DNA from: Felis catus
Lineage: Eukaryota
NCBI RefSeq assembly: GCF_018350175.1
Contig: NC_058368.1
Location: 173,230,001 to 173,294,000, forward strand
Direction of reading: 5' to 3'
Length of the DNA: 64,000 nt
Shown: one piece after another, positions 37,685-51,125 of the stretch
Numbering within the stretch: position 1 is the first letter of the stretch
Layout of the letters: the number at the start of each line of letters is the position of its first letter
The notes under the pieces: generated by a model
Database searches by the model: none
The model's input: the letters and a program-made list of their open reading frames with translations, nothing else
Told to the model about the DNA's origin: nothing
Program-made: the position numbers and the translations under genes

Positions 37685-38960
37685 ATGAATTCATTAAATA
37701 TATGTTTATATTGAGTGTCAATTTTATGCCAGGAATGTGGAATGCTGAAGTGATTAAGAGACAATCTGTTGGGGGAGACAAGTAGGTAAGGCAGTAATTA
37801 GAGTGTTGTGTGAGAAGTGCTGTGATAGATATGCACATAGAGTCCTGTTTGAGTGTAGAGATTGGGGCCTTCTTGGGTCAGGGAAGGCTTCCTGGGTACT
37901 GCCACTGGTAATACTGGGCCTGAGTTATTCTTAGAGCAGTATGGAAGATAGATTGGAGAGACTGAGGCTAGAAACAGGGAGACAAGTAGTAAAGGAGAGT
38001 CAGTGGAAGTGGACAGATTTGAGAATCTTTTCGTGAGGGAATCAATCAAGCTTTTTTGTGACCAGGGATCAGGATGAGAGAAGGCAACTTTGATTTAGGT
38101 TTCTGGCTAAGCCCACTGTAGGATGCTCAACTTAGAGAGCCCCCTGAGTAATTCAGAAGTATTGTTTATACTATATTATTTATGTTCCTTTACTGACAAC
38201 CCCAGTTAATAATTTATATAGCACCTATTATAACCAGGTACTGTTATACAAGCTGAGAATATACCACTGAACAGAAAAGAAGTCTGTGCGCTCATGAAGC
38301 TTACATTCTCATGGAAAAAACAGATAATAAGTAAGGCTTAAGAAAAATAAAGCAAAAACCAGGGTATAGCGAATGCCCAGGACAGGGAAGGTGGTAGGAG
38401 GCCATGGGGAGCTCTTAAATGAAAAGATCAAGGAAGACTTCTTGAGGTGATTTTTGAATAGAGTCATCTAGGTAAAGGGAATAACTATAAATGCCCTAAA
38501 ACAAGAGTGTGCTTGGCATGTTTCTATAGCATCAGGGAAGCCACAACGAGTGTAGTGGGATGAACAACAGGGGAAAAGAGAGGAAAGATCAGATCAGTGA
38601 CCAGATCATCTGGGGTTTTGTACTTCATTCTAAATATGATGAAATGCCATGGAACAGTTGAGAGCAAGGGAGTGATATAATCCAACTCTGGCTACTGTGT
38701 GAAATATAGTCTGTAAAGGGCCAGGGGCAAAAGTAGATGTGAACAGACTAAGGAGGAGGCTTTTGCAGTATTCCAGGCAGAGTCTAATGTGATAGTAGAT
38801 GATAGTGATAGTTGTAAGGTAAACAAGTTGCCAAATTTGGGATGTATATTGAAGGTTGATCCTACAGTATTTGTTGGAATCTGAGGGAAGGAGAAAACAG
38901 GTGACACCAAGTTTTGTCCTAAAGCAGCTGGGTTAATGACTCCATTTTTTGAGTTCGGGA
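37685..38960 (-). mobile_element. L2 LINE fragments
   Basis: ctcatgaagcttacattct; gaagacttcttgaggtgatttttgaa; ggatgtatattgaagg; caccaagttttgtcctaaagcagctgg. Confidence 0.7.
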
Positions 38961-38964
38961 AATA

Positions 38965-39075
38965 CAAGGGATCCAGAATAGCCAAAACAGCCCTGAAAAA
39001 GAACAAAGTTGAGGGTTCATACTTCTAATTATATAACTTACCAATTGAGACCATATGGCACTGGCATAAAGAGAT

Positions 39076-39119
<44 letters not shown>

Positions 39120-40870
39120 AAGAAAGAATAGAATTGAGAGTCCAGAATTAAAACCATACATTTATAGCTAACGAGGTTTTGACAAGGCTGTCAGGATAGT
39201 TCAATAGGGGTAAAATAGTCTATTCAACAAATGGTACTAAGACAACTTAATATCCATATGCAGAAGAAAAAGTTTGACCCCTACTTCACACTGTATACAA
39301 AAAAATATATCAAAGATCTAAATGTAAGTACTAAAACTCTTAGGGGTAAATCTTATGACCTTAGATTTGGCAATGGATTCTTAGATCTGACACCAAAAGT
39401 ATAAGCAATACAAGACAAAAATAGATAAATTAGATTACATCAAAATTTAAAACTGTTGTGTATCAGACTATTTTAAGTGGCCTAATATACTGGTAAATAA
39501 CAGTTGCTGTAGGGGGCAAACGACAGAAAAAAATTTTGAGGAAATGATGGCTGAGAAAATTCCAAAGTTGATGACAACTATAAATCTGTAGATCCAATAA
39601 GTTCTATGAAGCACAGGAAGAAGAAATATCATCATAAACTTTAAAAAGCACATCATGGGGCGCCTGGGTGGCTCAGTCGGTTAAGCAGCCGACTTCGGCT
39701 CAGGTCATGATCTTGCGGTACGTGAGTTCGAGCCCCACGTCGGGCTCTGTGCTGACAGCTCAGAGCCTGGAGCCTGTTTCAGATTCTGTGTCTCCCTCTC
39801 TCTGACCCTCCCCCATTCATGCTTTGTCTCTCTGTCTCAAAAATAAACGTCAAAAAAAAAAAAAAAGCACATCATAATTGGTGCGCCTGGGTGTCTCTGT
39901 CAGTTGAGTGTCGGATTCTTGATTTTGGCTCAGGTCATGAGCCCAGGTTGTGGAATCAAGCCCTGCATCGGGCTCCATGCTAAGTGCGGAGCCTGCTTGG
40001 GATATTCTCTCTCAATCAATCAATCTCTGTCTCTGTCTCTGTCTGTCTGTCTGTCTCTCTCTCTCCCTCTCCTCCATTTGTTCACTCTCTCACCCTCAAA
40101 AAAAAAATAACACATCATAATCAAATTGCTTAAAACTAGAGATAAAGAAGAAGTGGGGCGGGTTGGGGGGTGGGGTGGTGCCTGGCTGGCTGAGTCAGTA
40201 GAACATGCAGCTCTTGATCTCAAGGTCATGAGTTCTAGCCCCACGTTGGGCATAGAGTTTACTTAAAACAAACAAACAAACAAACAAAACCCAGAGATAA
40301 AGAAAAAAACCTTATAACCTTCCAGAGAAAAAAGATACATTACATGCAGATAGAAAACATAAGAATTAATCAGATTTCTTGTTGGAAACAACACAATCAA
40401 GAAGACATTGGGGCAAAATCTTTCAAAATACTGAAAGAAAAAGATTAGTATCTGTATCTAGCAGAATCTAAATTTCTGTACCCAGCAGAATATTTCAAAA
40501 ACGAGGGCTACCAAATATAATAAAGTATCTTGGGTTGGATCCTAGAATTTAAAAAAGGGAGGTCATAATGGAAAAACTGGTGAAATTTGAATGAAGTCTA
40601 GAGTTCAGTTAATAGCTATGTACCAGTGTAAATGTTTTAGTTCTGACAAACGTACCATGGTTACATAAGGTGTTAACATTAGGAGAAAGTAAGCAAACGT
40701 TATAAAGAAATCTCTGCACTATCTTTCCAACACTTTAAAAATCTAAATTATTCCAAACTAAAAATGTTATTAAAAATTTAAAAGATGAAATAGAGACTTT
40801 TCAGATATACTAACACTGAAAGAATTCATCACCAGAGACCTACTCATAAGATAAAGTCCTTGAGGCAGCA
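38965..40870 (+). mobile_element. Ancient L1M fragments carrying three sense CAN-SINEs (39657-39866, 39879-40108, 40172-40290)
   Basis: ccagaatagccaaaacagccctgaaaaagaacaaagtt; ggattcttagatctgacaccaaaag; L1MC-type 3' end at 40520-40780. Confidence 0.78.
39076..39127. repeat. (TAGA)n tetranucleotide microsatellite
   Basis: About 11 perfect TAGA units grading into GAAA. Confidence 0.95.
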
Positions 40871-40911
40871 GGAACACTGCAATGGACAAGATTGTGTCAT
40901 CACCCCTCATG

Positions 40912-40980
40912 GGACTGAGGAGCTGAATTTTAAATTATGTTTAATTCTAATTAAGATTTAAATTTAAATAGCCACATGTC
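40912..40980. mobile_element. MER3-like hAT fragment
   Basis: gactgaggagctgaattttaaatt...atttaaatttaaatagccacatgt. Confidence 0.6.
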
Positions 40981-41465
40981 TCAGAAAATGTAGATAATTC
41001 TAATGATGCGTTTTTGTTGGGACTAGTCTTTTGGGAGAGGCTGACAACATTGAGACAGGCAACATGCAGGTATAACAAGCCTTCCCTTCTTGTACCTTCC
41101 ACTGAGGAAGTGCTGGGTTGGAGGATGGCTGGTCTTAGCAGGACCATACACAGTTCTGTGGCCTTCCATTTTTTTCTACTGAGATGGTTTTGAGTTTGAA
41201 GGAGACATACTGATTAGACTGTTACTCTGCCAAGTCTCTCTTCTTTGTATGTATAATTTCCACTCTCCTCAAGGGACCATCTTCATTATTTACAGTTTCA
41301 GGCCACATGTTTTTATTGTTGATTGCGTGTCTTCTGTGCATTGTGGAAACAAATGTTTATATGATATTGATAATTGTTCTTTAATACTTTAATTATTTAC
41401 TTTACCATTTTGTTTGTATAAATTAGTATGAGAACTAAAGATTAAGACTTAAATTATAGATAAGC

Positions 41466-41645
41466 TGGGTCGTGGGGGTGGCTCAGTTGGTTAAGCGTCT
41501 GACTTCAGTGGGTTCAAGCCCTGCGTCGGGCTCCGTGCTGACAGTTTGGAGTCTGGAGTCTGCTTCAGGTTCTGTGTCTCCCTCTCTCTCTGCCCCTCCC
41601 CCGTTCACATTCTGTCTCTCTCTCAAAAAATAAACATTCAAAGAC
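41466..41645 (+). mobile_element. CAN-SINE, internally deleted
   Basis: SINE consensus; TSD atagataagct. Confidence 0.88.
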
Positions 41646-43299
41646 AATTAGAAAAAATAATAGATAAGCTATTTGGCACTTATTCTAAGGGTAGTCTTAA
41701 ATCTTTGGATAAAGCTAAGAAATCTGGAAGGATAATGGAATCATATAATAATAGCAACAAATGTTTGCTGAGGGCTTTCTGTGGGCTGGACACTCAACAA
41801 TTTATTTGGATTAAATTAAATCCAAATTATTTGGATTATCTGATATGATCTTTACCAAAACCTCAGAGGATAGGTGCTATTATCTCTTTTTGTAGGTAAT
41901 TCTACTGATACTCAGGTTAAGTAACTTGCCATAGACAACACAGCTGGTAGAATCCCAACTTGGACAACTCTAAAGTCAATGCACTTTATTCTGCTGGGTG
42001 TTACAGCTTCTTTTGTATATTAACAGTGCCAAGCCAAGTCCCAAGCACAGCTCCTTAGGATGTTTTCCATTCAGTTCTGTAAAGGCCTGAGTTAATGGTC
42101 ATAGGTTTATAAGTGGCTCTGTCAGGTCTCAGTGATATCCCTTCTTTCTGTTTTGCTTACCTGGCCCTGGTAGTTGCTTTCCTGGTAGTTATCTGTCCTC
42201 AGATTCCATTGTTCCCTTTTGAAATCTTTGACCGTTGTCACCAGTAGTTAGGTTTTTGGACTTAAGTTTAATACTGAAATTTCTTCCGATAGCTATTTGA
42301 AATGGCTGTCTTGGCCCTCAGAAACCAAAGTAGGAGGCTCTTTTAGAGCAACATATTCCTTCATGCTTCTTTGTAAGGGCTATAGGTTTCTAAGACAAAA
42401 TACAGCTGCAGGGTCAGTCCAGTTTACTCTGATCATAACATTTAATAATAAAATTAGCATATGATTTACAGCTGTCTGCCTAGTCTCTCCCCTCAAATTC
42501 TTTTCCACTCATTTACCACTTACAACTTTTTATCTTCCCTTCCGTTCCCTCTTATTTCTCAGGAAAGGCAGCCTACTCTTGTAGAACAACATATGCATCT
42601 TTATTTATTTAATTTTTTAAGATTTTATTTTTAAGTAATCTCTACACCCAGCATGGGGCTCAAAACTACAACCCTGAGATCAAGAGTCAAACACTCCACT
42701 GACTGAGCTAGCCAGAAACCCCAACATAAGCTTCTTTACAGTTAGAGTTAGACTTGTATTGCGTTCCTGGTGCCATGTTTCTTTTGTTGTTGTTTTAGCT
42801 TTGTGATATTGATCAAGTTATTTAATATTTCATCATCTGTAAAAATACAGGTAATCATATATGCCTTGCAGGATTATTGTAAAGAATTAGAGATGATGTT
42901 TATAAAGTCCCTGGCACAGAGAAGGTCCTCATAAAACAAGAACTTTTTTGAATCCATTGCTATGATTTAATTTGGCAAATATTTATTAGCACCTAATCAA
43001 TGTTGGACTCTACTGAGGATTCTGAAGAAACAACAAAACCTAGAATCTCTAAATTCAGAAAGTTATATAGTGTAGGAGACTGACATATAAACAAATAACA
43101 ACAGAAAGGCGCTAAGTACAATAGAGGTATATATAAAGTGCTAGAAGCAATTAATTATTTTTCCAGCTTTGCCTGTGGAGTGCTTTCCAAGTATTTCTTT
43201 TGGAAAAATACTTGGTAGTCAAGATGGGGGACAAATAGAAAGAGAAAAAAAAAAACAACCCTTAAAGGTTTCTGTAATCTGTGAGGTGCCAACCTTTTG

Positions 43300-44080
43300 A
43301 GAATTGATTTCAGCAAGACACTTGATAAAATCTCTCATGAAGTCCTTGTACATAAGATGGAGAAATGTGGGATGGCTGATAGAATAGGATTTGAAGATGG
43401 TTTTACAACTGTGTCTGGGATGTTTTCTCCTACAGTACTTTCTGTTTACTTATAAAATCTCTGGGTTGGAAGGAACCTTAGAAATAGATATATAGTATAC
43501 TCTAACTTGTACCTAACACCTCTCTACTGTCTCTTTTCTCTTCCCTTTTAATTTTTAATTCAACAGTACAGAAAAGTATATAGTACAAAATATGCCTCTC
43601 TCTCCAATTCCATTCCCCAAATGTCCCTGACATCCTCCCCAGAGACAAACGCTATTAATAGTTGCTTGTGTATATGATCTTCTTTTATTATGCGTATCTT
43701 TTTACACCTTGTATTGTAATTATTTGAGTGTATATGCTGTCTCCCTTAGTAAGTTGTAAGCTCCTTAAGAGCAAGGACCCTACCACATGATTTCCTATAT
43801 CTCTCCAAAAGTACTTGTACATTGAAGGTTCTCAATAAATATCTGCTTGATTAAGTATTTAAATGAAATTTGGACCAGGGAGAAGAGAGGCTTCTTTAGT
43901 AAAATGCCACAGTTTTCTGTCCTTGGCCATATCATTTATAACTTGGATGGAGATGTAGAAAGCATGGTTGTCATGCTTGTCATGCAGATGACACAAATAT
44001 GGAAAAGAGAGCTGATAACATCAGATGACAGAATTAAGACTGCAGATGATCCCAACAGACTAAAATGTTCAGCTGATTAA

Positions 44081-44125
<45 letters not shown>

Positions 44126-45015
44126 CCAGGGATAAATATAAAGTCCTGTGTTTAAGGGGGGGAAATAACCAATAGCTTAGTTGTTTTATACCCAATACCC
44201 AAGTATAGAATTAGGAGACTTGTCTTGATGATAATTTATTTGAAGATGATTTGGGAGGGTAGGGGATGGATCTTAGTTGCCTTTAAGCTCACTTTAAGCT
44301 TAATTTAAGATTGTCAATAAAGCAAATACAGCTTTGGCTGAATTAGTGGAATATGAGTCTAAGTGGGTTAGTTTGTGGTTCTTGTGTTCTCTCTACTAGT
44401 CAGACTGCTTATTGAGTATTAGGTCCATTTTGGGGTGCCACACATTTAAAGGGAGCCTGACAAATTGAGGTGTATATAAAGGAGGTTAACTAGGAATATA
44501 AAACTTGGGTATAAGAATCAGACTGGTATAGATCTCTCCTGGGTTCTGTCACTTAGCAATTGTGATAGCTTGGCAAAGTCATTTCCTCTGAGTTTGTTTC
44601 CATACCTTTAAAGTAGGGCAGAATAATAATACCAATCTGGAGGATTATTATAAGGATTAGAGCTAACCAATGCAATCAAAATTTTCTGCGGTCATTAGAA
44701 ATTAGATTAATGACTAAGTATAGTCCCTGCTTTGAAGGAGGTTACATTTCAGTGGAGCAGACAACTGAGTAAATCCAAGATTGTAATGTAGCTTGTTAAG
44801 TTTTCAGAGAATTGACTTACATAAAAGGGGGTAGGCTTATTCATAGAGCCCCCGGTAAATACAAATTGAGTCGGATTGTTGTGTAGCAGTAGAATGAGTT
44901 TCCTTAGGAGAAAGTGAATTCCCCTCAGTGAATGGATATAATCAAGTTGAGACTAGGTGATTATTTGTTGGGGATGCTTGCAAGGCATTTTTTATGAGTA
45001 GAAGGTTGGACTAGA
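43300..45015 (+). mobile_element. L3/CR1 LINE remnant (RT region and 3' end), fragmented
   Basis: From 43306 translates DFSKTLDKISHEVLVHKMEKCG. Near 43904 reads MPQFSVLG, followed by a frameshifted ADDT. These match CR1 RT motifs DFSKAFD, PQGSVLGP and FADD. Confidence 0.75.
44082..44126. repeat. (AAC)15 trinucleotide microsatellite
   Basis: 15 perfect units counted. Confidence 0.95.
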
Positions 45016-45232
45016 AGGGTTGGAAGACTCTGGCCACCAGGGGCCAAATCTAGCCAGACATCTGTTTTTGTAGATACAGTTTTACTGGAGCATACCACAC
45101 CCAGTTATTTATGGGTTGTTGATGGCTGCCTTCCTGCACCGTGCAGAGTTGAGTAGTGTGACAGAGACCATATGGCCTGCCAAGCCTAAAGTATTTACTG
45201 TTTGGCCTTTTAGAGAAGTTTGTTGACTCCTG
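45016..45232. mobile_element. MER58-like hAT MITE with target-site duplication
   Basis: TIR-like ends agggttggaagact / agtttgttgactcctg; GACTAGA on both flanks. Confidence 0.85.
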
Positions 45233-45777
45233 GACTAGATCAACGCTTCACAACCTAAATTATTTTGTGAACTGCTAACCTTCCTAAATTCTCTGACATG
45301 GGGATTTCAAGTCAAGAGGGAGGAAGGCAAAATTTGAAGTTAGATGGTTATAGTTTTTCTTGTTGGCAAGGAATGAAGACTGCAAAATAGTTGATTAACC
45401 TCTAAGACCTTTTAAGAGACTGTGATTTTATAAACAGATGCTTTGGGTGTGAGACAAAGTATTATTTATATGCCACCTGGGCTAAAGCTATCTGTACCCA
45501 CTAGAACTGGGAAGTGGTCCTAGTGTAGTGGGAAAAACTGGTTGTGTTCACCATTGTGAGTTTGTTTCCTCACTTGTAATTGGAACACTTTCTATACTAA
45601 AGATTGGAACTAATGTGTGTACTCAGATAGATGTAGCTATCGTTAATATATTCCATAGACTACCTGATTGGAGTGTATGTCACACCAGATAGAATTTTGG
45701 TTGGTAAAGTATAAATCCCTCCCTTGAGTGCTGCTAGTTGGGGTACTACACAAAACCCTTTCCTTGTGTTGACTAGA

Positions 45778-46026
45778 TTTTTATTTATTTATTATTATTA
45801 TTATTAATTTATTAATTTATTTTAGAGACAGAGAGAGAGAGTGCCCATGTGCAGGTAGGGGTGGGGCAGAGGGAGAGAGAGAGAGAGAGAGAGAGAGAAT
45901 ATCTTAAGCAGGCTCCACACCCAGCATACAGCCCTGCCACAGGACTCTATCTCATGACGCTGAGATCATGACTTGAGCTGAAATCAAGAGTTGGATGCTT
46001 AGCCGATTGAGCTACCCAGGCATCCC
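45778..46026 (-). mobile_element. CAN-SINE
   Basis: Antisense SINE; TSD gactagat. Confidence 0.92.
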
Positions 46027-46348
46027 TGGACTAGATCTTTAGATTTCATGGCAAATAGGGAATAAATCGATCTTATTAGCAAATATAGGAATATCTTGTG
46101 GCTGGCAGCTTCAGTTCATACATTACAGGTGTTACTCTCTTTGCTAGAAAAGGCAGAGATTTTGCAGACACAGTGCACTTCTCCCAGTGGAATATGATTT
46201 TAAACTTCTTCCCATACATTTTGTCTTTTATGTTCAGAATCTACTTCCAACTAACAGTTTTCTTTCTTTCTTTTTCTTTCTTTCTTCCTTTCTTTCTCTG
46301 TCTCTCTCTACCCCTCCCTGCCCCTCCCCTCCTTTTTTTTGTTGAAAG

Positions 46349-46433
46349 TGTTGACTCGGAGACAAAAAGAGGCCAACAGCAAGAGCAAGAGTGACAGTGA
46401 GACAACTGCCCAAACTTCCCTAGACATTGACAA
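46349..46433 (+). CDS. UIMC1: UIMC1 coding exon, 85 nt: VLTRRQKEANSKSKSDSETTAQTSLDID(K), the linker between the zinc fingers
   Basis: Long polypyrimidine tract then gaaag acceptor; AA|gtaagt donor. Phase 1 in, phase 2 out. Confidence 0.92.
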
Positions 46434-48520
46434 GTAAGTGACTATGTCGTGTTTTCAGAGCTCTTGTCTAACATACCATTGCTTGGACTGAATAAAGAGA
46501 CCTATTCCTCTCTACCCTGGGTTTCTTTGGCTTTCCAGTCACTTCATTGCTTTGATATCTGAATCTATTTTTCTTATTCCCAATTTATGTTAATGCAGGT
46601 GGCCTCTATCTTTTTGAATTACCCTTAAAAAATTCTACCACCCATTCCATTTCCACATTCTGTTTTCTTTAAATTTGCATTTTGGTGTTTGGTACTTTTG
46701 GGAGCAGTGAGCTATTTTGCGATGTAACGGTACAGAAGTTCAGTTGCAAAAGTTTGGGCAATATAAGTGACTTCCTTGGGTTATAGGTTGCAGCTTGACT
46801 AAGAAAGTATATTGTAAATGGTGGTCGGGTAGAAGTGATGCCCCCTGAAAGGAAAGACTTACCAACAATACATTAAAGCAGTCAGTCATTAGGCAGAAAT
46901 GTTTATCTTTGAAATACAGATCTTAGACCCTAAATTTCAAGGCTGTCTTCCCTAATCCAGTTGAGTGGAGCTGATCACTTGCTCCTTTTGGAATCCTAAC
47001 ATGTGGACATTCCTCTATGACTGTATTGCATCCCATCCCACTATATTGCAGTATTTTTTTTTTCTTTTTTTTCATTTCTGTCTCCTTGGGTAGACTGTGA
47101 ATTTTGAAGGCAGATACTTGCCTTCATTCATGTTTATATCCTCAGCATCTAATAAAATGTGTCTGAGACAGCAAAAACAATAATAGCTCTTTGTTGAACA
47201 CCTAATATTATGTACCAGCCACTGTGCTAAGTGTTTGATGTACTTTGTAACTCTCACAATAGCTGATAAGGTAGTTGTTCTTTCTTTCTTTTTTTTTTTT
47301 AATAGATAAGGAAATTGAAGGGAAATTATAAGTAACTGGTTAAAGATCATGTAGTGAGAACTGGCAAATCCTGACTCCAAAACTTAAGCTCCTTCCACAG
47401 TGCTGCTATCTCATGTAGTAGGAGATGACTGTATGATTTTTGCATTAATTCATAAATTTTAAAAGGTACACTGATCTAGATTTTCTCATAAGGCAGAGTT
47501 TTATTTATATTCTTCCAGATGATTGAGTATATGAGATAATTTTTTCTCCTATTTTTAAAGACCTCCAGAGAAAGTTTTCTGTAGAGCTAATCCAGATTTC
47601 TCTTGCTGTATAGTAACTGAATAGTTATGACCAGAAAGAGAAATCTAAAATAGCAGCCTTTGGAAAGTTTTCTTTAGCTTCTTAAAATGAAGATGATCTT
47701 AAGAGTCTAGAAGACCTGGTTTCTGACAATTATTAGCTATAGAACCTTGGGGAGAATAGTACTTTCTTAGTAGGGCCAAAGAATTAATTGAGAAGTTGTG
47801 TTTAAAGGGCTTGGTACCAGTTCCTACCACAGAGAAAATACTTAATAAGTGCTTATTTTCTTCCTTTGTCCCCAATGATTCCATTGTCACAGATGCCCAA
47901 TGAATCTTACTTCAAGGACACAGTTTCCTCTCTTTCTACAGATTCTACTATTATAAAAGATAAAAATAACTATGTAGGTGAAGTTACTCAAAAGTCTCTG
48001 GCAGAACCACATGGTTTTGGTAACTTCCTAGTCGATGTTGCAGGTTGTAAAATTAAGGAAGTCAGCATACAGAGTCAGACAAGTTCATCCACCCTGGTAA
48101 AAAATGTCATCTTGATTTAATTCTCATGGTTGTCTAAATTTTAACTTCCCTTTGAAAAAACTATTACACTTAATTTCAGAAGAGTTTGACAGAATATTTT
48201 ATGTCTGAAGAGCAATCAGCATTGTTTGAGATAGTTAGAAGAGCTGATTTCATTACCATCCCACTGCTGCAACAGCAGGGTACAGAGAAACAGCCAGGGA
48301 AAACCGCTAATCACTCAGTCCTTTTGATTGGCGTCAGGTTAGTTTTATTGGCCATCCTGCTGAGCGAATCTGCATTGGTTGACATGTCTCCTCCACTGAA
48401 TAATGTAAAAACACAATTGAGACAGAGTAACATAAAAACACAATTTGAGACATATCCAGGAGCCCAGAGGCAAAAGCAAATCTTAAAACTGCTCTTTCCC
48501 CCTTCCTTCTGATTGGCTAG

Positions 48521-48692
48521 GAATGAGAAGTGTTATCTCTGTAAATCCCTGGTCCCATTCAGAGAGTATCAGAGTCATGTAGAGTCCTGTCTCCAGCTTG
48601 CAAGGGGTGACCAAGGAGATGGGCCTGAAGAGAGTGGGAGGATATGCTCAGCTATGGAGGAGAAGTGGCGGCAGCGGCTGAGGAACCCAAAG
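48521..48692 (+). CDS. UIMC1: UIMC1 coding exon, 172 nt, second CCHC zinc finger: NEKCYLCKSLVPFREYQSHVESCLQLARGDQGDGPEESGRICSAMEEKWRQRLRNPK
   Basis: ggctag acceptor and AAG|gtatgt donor. Within ORF 48513..48773; C-x2-C-x11-H-x3-C motif. Confidence 0.96.
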
Positions 48693-50015
48693 GTATGTAT
48701 GGAATGTTTTAGGAAGCTCTCCAAAGTTCTGTTCTATGCTTTTTTCTTCTTCCTTCCTTTTCTGCTTATCTAGAAACAAGATTGCATTTTAAAATTATCT
48801 TTTCTTTCAATTAAAAAGTATATATGCTCCTTGTAGGAAATATAGGCAGTTCAAAAAAATATTAAGAATCAGGAGAAATTAAGAAATTATTACCCATAAT
48901 TTAGCTACTCAGAGATAACAACTTTTAGTATTTTGGCCAATTTTTTCAGTCTTTTTTTTATGCATATTTCATGTAAGTGAGACCACACTATATATGCACA
49001 TATATATGTGTGTGTGTCTACATAATATTGTAGCATAAACACCTTCCTGGGTTTATTTTCAAACTTTTTTTTAAATTACTCTTAAAACTTACATCACACA
49101 GAAGTCACATAACCATTCTCATATTATTGGGCATTTAGGTTCTTCCCAATTCTTTTGTATTACAAGATTGTATTTAAAACATTAATCTGTGTACCACTTA
49201 CTGTTTCCTAGAATAGATTTCCTGAAGTGGAACTCCTAGGGGAATGGATATAAACATTTTAAAATCTGTTGAAACATATCACCAAATTCTTCTCTTGAAA
49301 GGATATCCAGTCATATCCCCACTGCCAGGAGCATATTTGAGATCAACTCTGTTTAACACCTTGTGAGCCTGGTCTTAGGAAGCTGTGAGGTCTGGCCACT
49401 AGTTACTGGGAAGATGAATGTGCTTTCTGGGCTTTGCAATTAGATCAGCAAGAGCAAGTCTTGGCTTAGAGATCAAAGATAAAGCAGCAGCTCCATATTC
49501 TATGTTTACTAACTTAGCAGTCACTGCACACTAAGGTGAAGAGCCATTATCTATCATGACAAAAGAAAGGGACTCTCCTATATCAATGGGGTGATTTTGA
49601 GGTAGTGATTTGGAGTTGGGGATTATAGGTAAATGCTTATATTGTAGAGCCTGTTTATTCTTCTGGCATCACTATCCCTAGAAGCTACCATGAAACTATT
49701 ATTTTCTATTTTAAATCTCTCCAAATCTATCATGGTCAAAGGCTGCTGTTCTTTAATATGATCTTGGTGGAATAATTTGCTTTGACTCTGGTATCCATTC
49801 TTGGATAATATTCTTGGCATAAAGATGTATTCTGTTCATCATCACAGTTTGTGTTTTTACTTGTGTACCCCATTTATTAGAAAGCAAAAAGACTTTCCTA
49901 GAGCTGTGTCCCACATTCCTTCTCTCCTGGAGACAGGTGTGATCTGGGCTAAGGAGGTTGATTTTTGGACTCTCTGCCATGAGATAACTCTTTCATCTGT
50001 TTTTCTCTGTCACAG

Positions 50016-50079
50016 GAAAAAAAACGCAGTGAAGGCCGACTCCTCAGTCTCTTGGAACAGTCTGAGCAGAAGACTGCAG
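50016..50079 (+). CDS. UIMC1: UIMC1 coding exon, 64 nt: EKKRSEGRLLSLLEQSEQKTA(D)
   Basis: ctgtcacag acceptor and CAG|gtgaag donor; matches recalled RAP80 SEGRLLSFLEQSE. Confidence 0.93.
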
Positions 50080-51125
50080 GTGAAGACTTCAGGACCAATT
50101 TTCTGGGCTTCTGTCAAAGGCCCAGTAAAAATAGCCACTGAGAACTCATTGTTTGTTGGAGTTATGTGGGTATACATTTGACCCAATCAGCCAGCCTTTT
50201 AGACTCTAAGTTGTATCTCCCTAAAGAAGATGAGGACACACCCTGTCTTGTTCATCATGTGTTTCATTTCAGGCTTTATAAAGCCTGTTGAGTGGGAAAA
50301 AAAAATCCAAATCATAGAGGAATGACACAGCCCTAAATACCTTCTAAAGGAACAATCTTGGAAAACCAGACATGTAGACATTTCTTCCTCCTTCTAATGT
50401 TTTGTGCATTATTTATGTGTCACTTTTAGTTTTGTGTCCTAATCTATGCTCCTGAGGGATTATAGGAAGTAACTCTCTCTTTGTGCCTAGTATTTATGGA
50501 GCAGTAGAGTGGATTGGTTAAGAGCATTGCATAAAGTTAGTAATACCAACTTCATAGATTGTAAGGATTATATCTAGTAAAGCTCCAAACAAATTCTCTG
50601 GCATAAGTAGGCTCTTGGTAAATGTTAGCTGCTATTATTACTATTGTTATTTGTTGCTATTGTTAAAATTCACTAGATGTAGATGGAAGAGGAGCTTTTG
50701 CTTAAGCCTGGGGAGATTTGCCTTCTAGTTCTGGTAGTTCATTCTCACAAATAAATCTGTTTTGCCTCCTGATGACTATAAAAAGGCAGCCTCTCCAAGC
50801 CCTACGGCCTGCTGCCTCTAGATCAGCATGTTCTGAATCTCTGCAGGTGGCAGAGTTCCCTTGGCAACTCCTTGTACCTCAAGTCCAGATTTGAAGTAGA
50901 TTATTCAGAGGTTGTTCATTCAAAAGTGTTCACCTCGATACTTCTGCAGCTGAGTCTATTGGATGCTAATACTAACATTCCGTTGGTCTGAGGCTTGGGG
51001 ATCTGAACTACCTGGATAAGACTGATGAAAAGCAGTGCCCAGAAAATAGGAAGCACATGAGCAGTGAGAAGTAGTATGATTACAACACTTTTAACAGCAT
51101 TACTACTTTTTCTCTCTTATTACAG

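Noticed and set aside
41881..41901. TTTTTGTAG|GTAAT recursive-splice-like motif in the long intron
   Set aside because: Lies inside a degenerate MIR and has no independent support.
48186..48512. 108-aa ORF directly upstream of the ZnF2 exon
   Set aside because: TTG start, ends in a stop before the acceptor, and has no recognisable homology.
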